Of a stretch of DNA of 52,104 nucleotides, positions 47,868 to 52,104 are shown in pieces. Position 1 is the stretch's first letter. The number at the start of each line of letters is the position of its first letter. The notes under the pieces were generated by a model. It saw nothing but the letters and a program-made list of their open reading frames with translations. It made no database searches and was not told the origin of the DNA. Position numbers and translations under genes: made by a program. The stretch covers positions 1 to 52,104 of the forward strand of contig CANQZD010000044.1 in the NCBI GenBank assembly GCA_947628275.1, read 5' to 3'. The DNA is from an uncultured Bacilli bacterium. GTDB lineage: Bacteria; Bacillota_I; Bacilli_A; RF39; UBA660.

Positions 47868-48773
47868 TTGATTAAAAATTTTGCTAAAAGAAAATTTATA
47901 ATAACCACCTTTGCTTTTTTAATCTTTTTCATTACTTTACTTTTTCCAAGTAATAAAGAAATGACAACATCTAGCACCACAACTTATAGTGAAGGAGAAA
48001 AAACAACTATTTACTTATTAAATAAAAATAATTATGTTTCTCGAGCAGAAGTGATAACTAAAAATAAAGAATTAATTAGTAAAATTGAAGAATTAATTAC
48101 ATTCTTAACAATTGGTAGTAAAAATAATATTTATATTCCAAGTATTTTTGAACCGGTTATTCCTTCTAATACTAAAGTTTTAAGTTTAGATTTTCAAAAT
48201 GGCTTATTAAAAATTAATTTTAGTAAAGAATTTTTAAATATGCCAGCAAAATATGAAAAAAAAATAATTGAAAGTTTAGTATATACTTTTACGGATTTTG
48301 AAGAAATTAATCAGCTGATAATTTTTGTTGAAAATCAAATTTTAGATCAATTACCTAATAGTAAAGAAAAGTTACCTCATATTTTAACAAGAGATATGGG
48401 AATTAATACTATATATAATATTGATAATCTTAAAAATGTTCAAAAAACCACGACTTATTATTTAGCTGTAGAAAATGAGATTGCTTATTATGTACCTGTT
48501 ACTTTATTTGAAAATAATAATAAAGATAAAGTAGAAATAGTTATTGAAAGATTAAAAAGTAATCCTCATTTGCAAACTAATTTAATTAGTTATCTTAATG
48601 CTTCAACAGAATTAAATAGTTATGAATTATTAGAAGAAGAAATTAAATTAAGTTTTAATGATGCTTTATTTGAAGGATTAAATAGTGAGGAAATGAAAGA
48701 ACAAGTAGAATACTCTATTTCTTTATCAATTAAAGACACTTTAAATGTTAAAAATGTTACTTTAATAAATTAA
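47868..48773 (+). CDS. GerM-like protein (two GerMN/Germane domains) with N-terminal membrane anchor
   Basis: Two repeats of the GerMN pattern: IYLLNKNNYVSRAEV...LITFLTIGS...IPSNTKVLSLDFQNGLLKINFSKEF and YYLAVENEIAYYVPV...IERLKSNP.... TTG 47868 lies 5 nt after AGGTGA. The track start GTG 47859 is inside the SD. Confidence 0.6.
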   Translation: MIKNFAKRKFIITTFAFLIFFITLLFPSNKEMTTSSTTTYSEGEKTTIYLLNKNNYVSRAEVITKNKELISKIEELITFLTIGSKNNIYIPSIFEPVIPSNTKVLSLDFQNGLLKINFSKEFLNMPAKYEKKIIESLVYTFTDFEEINQLIIFVENQILDQLPNSKEKLPHILTRDMGINTIYNIDNLKNVQKTTTYYLAVENEIAYYVPVTLFENNNKDKVEIVIERLKSNPHLQTNLISYLNASTELNSYELLEEEIKLSFNDALFEGLNSEEMKEQVEYSISLSIKDTLNVKNVTLIN

Positions 48774-48848
48774 TTTTCAAAAATAATGGTTTAAGACATC
48801 TAGTTTACAAATAAAAATATTTATAGTAAAATGTTTGTGGGTGGTTAA

Positions 48849-49055
48849 ATGAAGAAAACCATTATTTTTTTGATTAAATGTTATCAAATTACTCCCCTTG
48901 CTTGTCATAGTTGTTGTAGATGTGTTCCATCTTGTAGTAATTATATGATTGAAGCTATTGAAAAATATGGGTGCTTAAAAGGAATAAAATTAGGAATTAA
49001 AAGAATTATAAAGTGTCGACCAGGTGGTATTTTTGGATATCAGCCTTTAGAATAG
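48849..49055 (+). CDS. yidD: Membrane protein insertion efficiency factor YidD
   Basis: 68 aa. LIKCYQITPL...CRCVPSCSNYMIEAIEKYGCLKGIKLGIKRIIKCRPGG is the YidD signature. Confidence 0.88.
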   Translation: MKKTIIFLIKCYQITPLACHSCCRCVPSCSNYMIEAIEKYGCLKGIKLGIKRIIKCRPGGIFGYQPLE

Positions 49056-49065
49056 GAGCTAAGTT

Positions 49066-49926
49066 ATGAAAAAAATATTTTGTATGTTAATTTTAGGAGG
49101 ATTGTTATTTTTTACGGGAGGTTGTTGGCAATGGAATGATTTAGATAATGCAACAATTTATACAACAGTCTACCCTATTGAATATTTAGTAGAAAGTTTA
49201 TATTCTAACTATAAAAGTTCAAGTTCAATATATCCACCTAATGCTGATGTTACAACTTATTCTTTAACTGATAAGCAAATAAATGATTTTAGTAAGGGAA
49301 CTTTATTTGTCTATAATGGTATTACTAATGAAAAGCAAATTGCAAAAGCTTTTATTAATGAAAACAAAAACATGAAAATAATTGATGTTGCTCAAGGCTT
49401 AAAATATACTTATGGAGTTGAAGAATTATGGCTTAGTCCAAGTAATTATTTAATGTTAGCAACTAATTTTAAAAATAATTTAGAAAAGCTAATTGGTAGT
49501 AAATATACAAATGAAGACATTGAAAATAAATATCATAATTTAGAAGAAACATTATCAGTAATGGATGCCGAGATAAGGAAAATTGCTTCGGTTGCTAAAG
49601 AAAATAATCGAAATACTTTGGTTGCAACTAAAAAAATATTTAAGTTTTTAGAAAATTATGGTTTTAATGTTATTTGCTTAGAAGATTATGAAGAAAATTC
49701 AGCTAATCTAAATACTTTAAAAAATAATTTTAGAAATGGTAATTATAAGTATTTATTTAAACGAAATGATGAAGAAACTAGTAACATTATATTAGATTTA
49801 AAAGATAATTATAATGCTAATATTTTAGATATTAATATGATGAATACTTTAAATAATCAAGATTATAATTATTTAACTATTATGAATGAATTTGTAACTG
49901 ATTTAAAAACTGCTACTAATTCATAA
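49066..49926 (+). CDS. Lipoprotein with TroA/ZnuA-like solute-binding fold, metal ligands not conserved
   Basis: Signal peptide with a FFTGGC lipobox-like cysteine. YTTVYPIEYL, LFVYNGITNE, ELWLSPSNY and FKFLENYGF parallel cluster-9 metal SBPs. However, DVTTYS and EELW replace the usual DPH and PH.W histidines. Confidence 0.5.
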   Translation: MKKIFCMLILGGLLFFTGGCWQWNDLDNATIYTTVYPIEYLVESLYSNYKSSSSIYPPNADVTTYSLTDKQINDFSKGTLFVYNGITNEKQIAKAFINENKNMKIIDVAQGLKYTYGVEELWLSPSNYLMLATNFKNNLEKLIGSKYTNEDIENKYHNLEETLSVMDAEIRKIASVAKENNRNTLVATKKIFKFLENYGFNVICLEDYEENSANLNTLKNNFRNGNYKYLFKRNDEETSNIILDLKDNYNANILDINMMNTLNNQDYNYLTIMNEFVTDLKTATNS

Positions 49927-49930
49927 AAAT

Positions 49931-49957
49931 ACTTCCACAAATTGGAAGTTTTTATTT
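49931..49957. terminator. Bidirectional intrinsic terminator
   Basis: ACTTCCA-caaat-TGGAAGT followed by TTTTaTTT on the plus strand. It sits between convergent transcription units. Confidence 0.7.
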
Positions 49958-50035
49958 ATTCATTTTAGAAGAATTAACACAGCAACAAAGATCAAGAATA
50001 AATATTGCAAGAAAAAAAAGAATAATTAATTTCAT
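49952..50035 (-). CDS. Candidate 27-aa hydrophobic peptide (MKLIILFFLAIFILDLCCCVNSSKMNK)
   Basis: My own translation; the ORF is below the track cutoff. AGGTGA lies 7 nt upstream of the ATG. It is located between vanZ and the terminator. No homology evidence. Confidence 0.25.
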   Translation of the reverse strand: MKLIILFFLAIFILDLCCCVNSSKMNK

Positions 50036-50053
50036 ATATTATCACCTATTAAA

Positions 50054-50524
50054 TTATATGAAAGTATTATTCCTTTTTTTAATGAACTTGTCTAAAAAAT
50101 ACCAATATATTAATGAACCGATTATTGAGCCAGCAAAGTCAATTAAGACATCAGTTACTTCTGGACTTCTGCCACCTATAAATGATTGATGAAATTCATC
50201 ACTTATGGCATAGAGTAAGCAAAATATTAAAGCCATAATGATTTGACGTTTACTTAATTTAGTATACTGTTTTAATAAATTAAGGGTTACGATTGCTAAT
50301 ATTAAATAAATACTAAAATGGGCAATTTTTCTAATTAAAAGGCTTTCCCAATTTTGATAAGGAATTTTTAAAAAGTCATTTAAAATTTTTAGAACGACAT
50401 TAGAAGTAGCACTGCTATCATTTCCATTTTGGGAAGAAAAAAAGAAAATTAAGGCTAAACAGCCTAGGAATAAAACCCAAGCAAAGACTTTTTTGCTATT
50501 CATCTTGGGTTTCCAATACTTCAT
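50054..50524 (-). CDS. VanZ family membrane protein
   Basis: Four TM segments with AISDEFHQSFIGGRSPEVTDVLIDFAGSIIG, the VanZ-like signature. The start could instead be Met8 (50503). Confidence 0.8.
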   Translation of the reverse strand: MKYWKPKMNSKKVFAWVLFLGCLALIFFFSSQNGNDSSATSNVVLKILNDFLKIPYQNWESLLIRKIAHFSIYLILAIVTLNLLKQYTKLSKRQIIMALIFCLLYAISDEFHQSFIGGRSPEVTDVLIDFAGSIIGSLIYWYFLDKFIKKRNNTFI

Positions 50525-51965
50525 TTAATTTAGCAATCGCTTCAGCAACGGTTTCCATTTTAGGTTCCATAACATATAAATTTTGGTTTGGATAACTATA
50601 TGTTGGTAAATTATTTCCAGTACCATCGACATTTTTAGTTTCAATATGCCATGGAGCCATATTATCTAATTGCATTTTAACTAGACTAGTTATATCATCA
50701 GAGGTTAAGTTAGTTTCAAAAGTTCCATCTAAGGCATTTAAAATATCATTATAATTATTAATAATTGTACTTGAACTAGTTACTTTATCAATAATTAAAC
50801 TAATTACTTGTTCTTGATTTTCACCTCGATGGCGATCTCCAGTATTATAGGCATAACGTTCTCTGGCAAAGGCTAAAGCACAAGTTCCGCCAACATTATT
50901 TAAGCCAGGATAGAATATGCAACTACGGTTGGTCTTACAACTAAAAGAATAATCAACATCAGAATTAATACTTAAACCACCAATAGCATCAACAAGATTA
51001 ACAACAGCATTAAAGTTTACTCTTAAATAATAAGGAATTTTAATTTCTAATAAATCTTCAATTGTAGCCATAGATAGTTCAATACCCCCAATAGTTCCTG
51101 AATGAGTTAATTTATCTTTTAAGCCATCAGTACCATGAATTGGAACATAATAATCACGAGGAATATGAATCATTAAAATATTTCTAGTATTAGGGTTAAT
51201 AGCTAAAATAATATTAACATCACTTAAACTTCGGGAAGGCATATAATTACTTCTTGTATCAATACCGCTTAAATATAAAACAAATGGGTCTTTAGTAATA
51301 TCTATACCAGTATCAGTTACATTTTTTTCGGTCGTTATCGTAATAGTATCAAGGACTTTAACTTTGTTCTCATAATCATCATCAACTTCTAATTTAGCAT
51401 CATAATTTCCAGAGTTAATAATTATTATTAATTCTTTATCTTCTTTTACTTCATCCATTAGTGAGACAATATCAGAAACATATTCAATACTAACGTTTAC
51501 TTTACGTTTAATAGCTCCTTCATATTCTGTTAAATCTTCTAAATCTTTAACAGTTTTAATAGTATGGTCTTTAATATCTTCAATTGTTTCATAAGAAGAT
51601 TCTTTATTAACGATGATATTATAAACATTTGTTTCAAAATGAGCTCCTAAGTTAGACCTTAAAAAGGAAATAGTATCATTAATTTGATATATAGCATAAC
51701 CTTCAATAAGCATGAAGATAACGGCTAGGATATCAATAATAATTAAAGTTACTTTTTTAGTGTGCTTTTTCATAACAATTAAGCCATGAATACTTCCTAA
51801 AATAATTAAAACGACCACAATAATTAAGAAATATTTAAAGGGAAGAATATTTGCATCAAAAATGAAATATCCTAGTATAATCATTAAAATAACGGCTAGT
51901 ATCCAGATTATTTTACTGGCAACAACATATTTTAAACTCTTTTTTTTTCTTTTTCTTTTTTGCAT
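50496..51965 (-). CDS. LCP (LytR-CpsA-Psr) family cell-wall polymer transferase with N-terminal TM region
   Basis: ILMIHIPRDYYVPIHG...KLTHSGTIGGIELSMATIEDLL...YYLRVNFNAVVNLVDAIGG is the LCP core. ATG 51965 lies 8 nt after AAGAGGT. The track start is TTG 51974. Confidence 0.85.
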   Translation of the reverse strand: MQKRKRKKKSLKYVVASKIIWILAVILMIILGYFIFDANILPFKYFLIIVVVLIILGSIHGLIVMKKHTKKVTLIIIDILAVIFMLIEGYAIYQINDTISFLRSNLGAHFETNVYNIIVNKESSYETIEDIKDHTIKTVKDLEDLTEYEGAIKRKVNVSIEYVSDIVSLMDEVKEDKELIIIINSGNYDAKLEVDDDYENKVKVLDTITITTEKNVTDTGIDITKDPFVLYLSGIDTRSNYMPSRSLSDVNIILAINPNTRNILMIHIPRDYYVPIHGTDGLKDKLTHSGTIGGIELSMATIEDLLEIKIPYYLRVNFNAVVNLVDAIGGLSINSDVDYSFSCKTNRSCIFYPGLNNVGGTCALAFARERYAYNTGDRHRGENQEQVISLIIDKVTSSSTIINNYNDILNALDGTFETNLTSDDITSLVKMQLDNMAPWHIETKNVDGTGNNLPTYSYPNQNLYVMEPKMETVAEAIAKLNEVLETQDE

Positions 51966-51989
51966 TAATAACAACCTCTTTTCTAAAAG

Positions 51990-52018
51990 ATTATATCATG
52001 GATTAGGAAGAAAGTAAA
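51990..52018 (-). promoter_or_regulatory. Extended -10 sigma-A promoter for the LCP-vanZ unit
   Basis: Minus strand reads TTTACT (52018..52013), a 17-nt spacer containing TG, then TATAAT (51995..51990). Confidence 0.5.
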
Positions 52019-52038
52019 ACTATCAAGAAATAAATATC

Positions 52039-52062
52039 CACCAGCATAGCTGGTGGTTTTTC
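52039..52062. terminator. GC-rich hairpin, probable terminator of the unit upstream of the window end
   Basis: CCACCAGC-atag-GCTGGTGG. It is followed by TTTTT on the plus strand and ATATTTATTT on the minus strand. Confidence 0.45.
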
Positions 52063-52104
52063 ATTTCCGCCTAAAAGGCTTTACTATCGGCCTCCACTAA
52101 AGTG

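Noticed and set aside
51930-51965. A9/A6/A5 homopolymer runs in the first codons of the LCP gene as a possible phase-variation tract. Similar A8 run at 38411..38420
   Set aside because: They encode the usual Lys/Arg-rich cytoplasmic N-terminus of membrane-anchored proteins in an AT-rich genome. There is no evidence of length heterogeneity or frameshifted copies.
1-52104. Search for mobile elements, prophage blocks, CRISPR arrays, tRNA/rRNA genes, long direct or inverted repeats, and classical defence genes
   Set aside because: None was recognised by eye. The only phage-associated family (DUF5131) has no phage neighbours. I cannot exclude short or diverged repeats without a computational self-comparison (dot plot or k-mer scan), which would be the decisive check.

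Overview
Very AT-rich (by eye about 70% A+T, not computed) chromosomal segment from a low-GC Gram-positive (Bacillota) genome. It uses the standard genetic code: TGA ends rpoB, nth, dgkA and the hybrid kinase gene. About 50 genes are tightly packed, roughly four fifths on the minus strand, many with ATGA or TAATG overlaps. Most of the content is housekeeping. This includes rpoC (partial, missing from the ORF track because it runs off the window) and rpoB, a ybxB-like methyltransferase, a NatAB-like ABC pair, frr, a dac-dgkA-deoD block, a type-2 ileS with a T-box leader, fmt and priA. It also includes an NfeD/SPFH pair, a cca-dnaD-nth-DUF5131-ttcA array, nrnA, ackA, thiI, dnaB-dnaI, a reduced sufC-sufD(short)-sufS-sufU operon, yidD, vanZ and an LCP gene. 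Sporulation-linked genes are present: spoVS, a GerM-like protein, and an unlisted DUF1540 small CDS. I found no rRNA, tRNA, CRISPR array, transposase, integrase or prophage block, so this looks like core genome with a few small accessory islets rather than a defence island. The candidates most worth follow-up are listed here. (1) An overlapping 78-aa acidic protein plus a 187-aa minimal kinase-like protein between ackA and thiI. (2) A phage-type DUF5131 (Gp37/Gp68) gene translationally coupled to nth and abutting a TtcA-like PP-loop gene. (3) A hybrid-kinase/Hpt/receiver-only phosphorelay. (4) A small family of exported proteins sharing an unusual Y-[AT]-[LF]-[WL] signal-anchor motif. (5) A suf operon with a half-length SufBD protein and no sufB. 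All functional calls come from motif recognition by eye. No database search was run.
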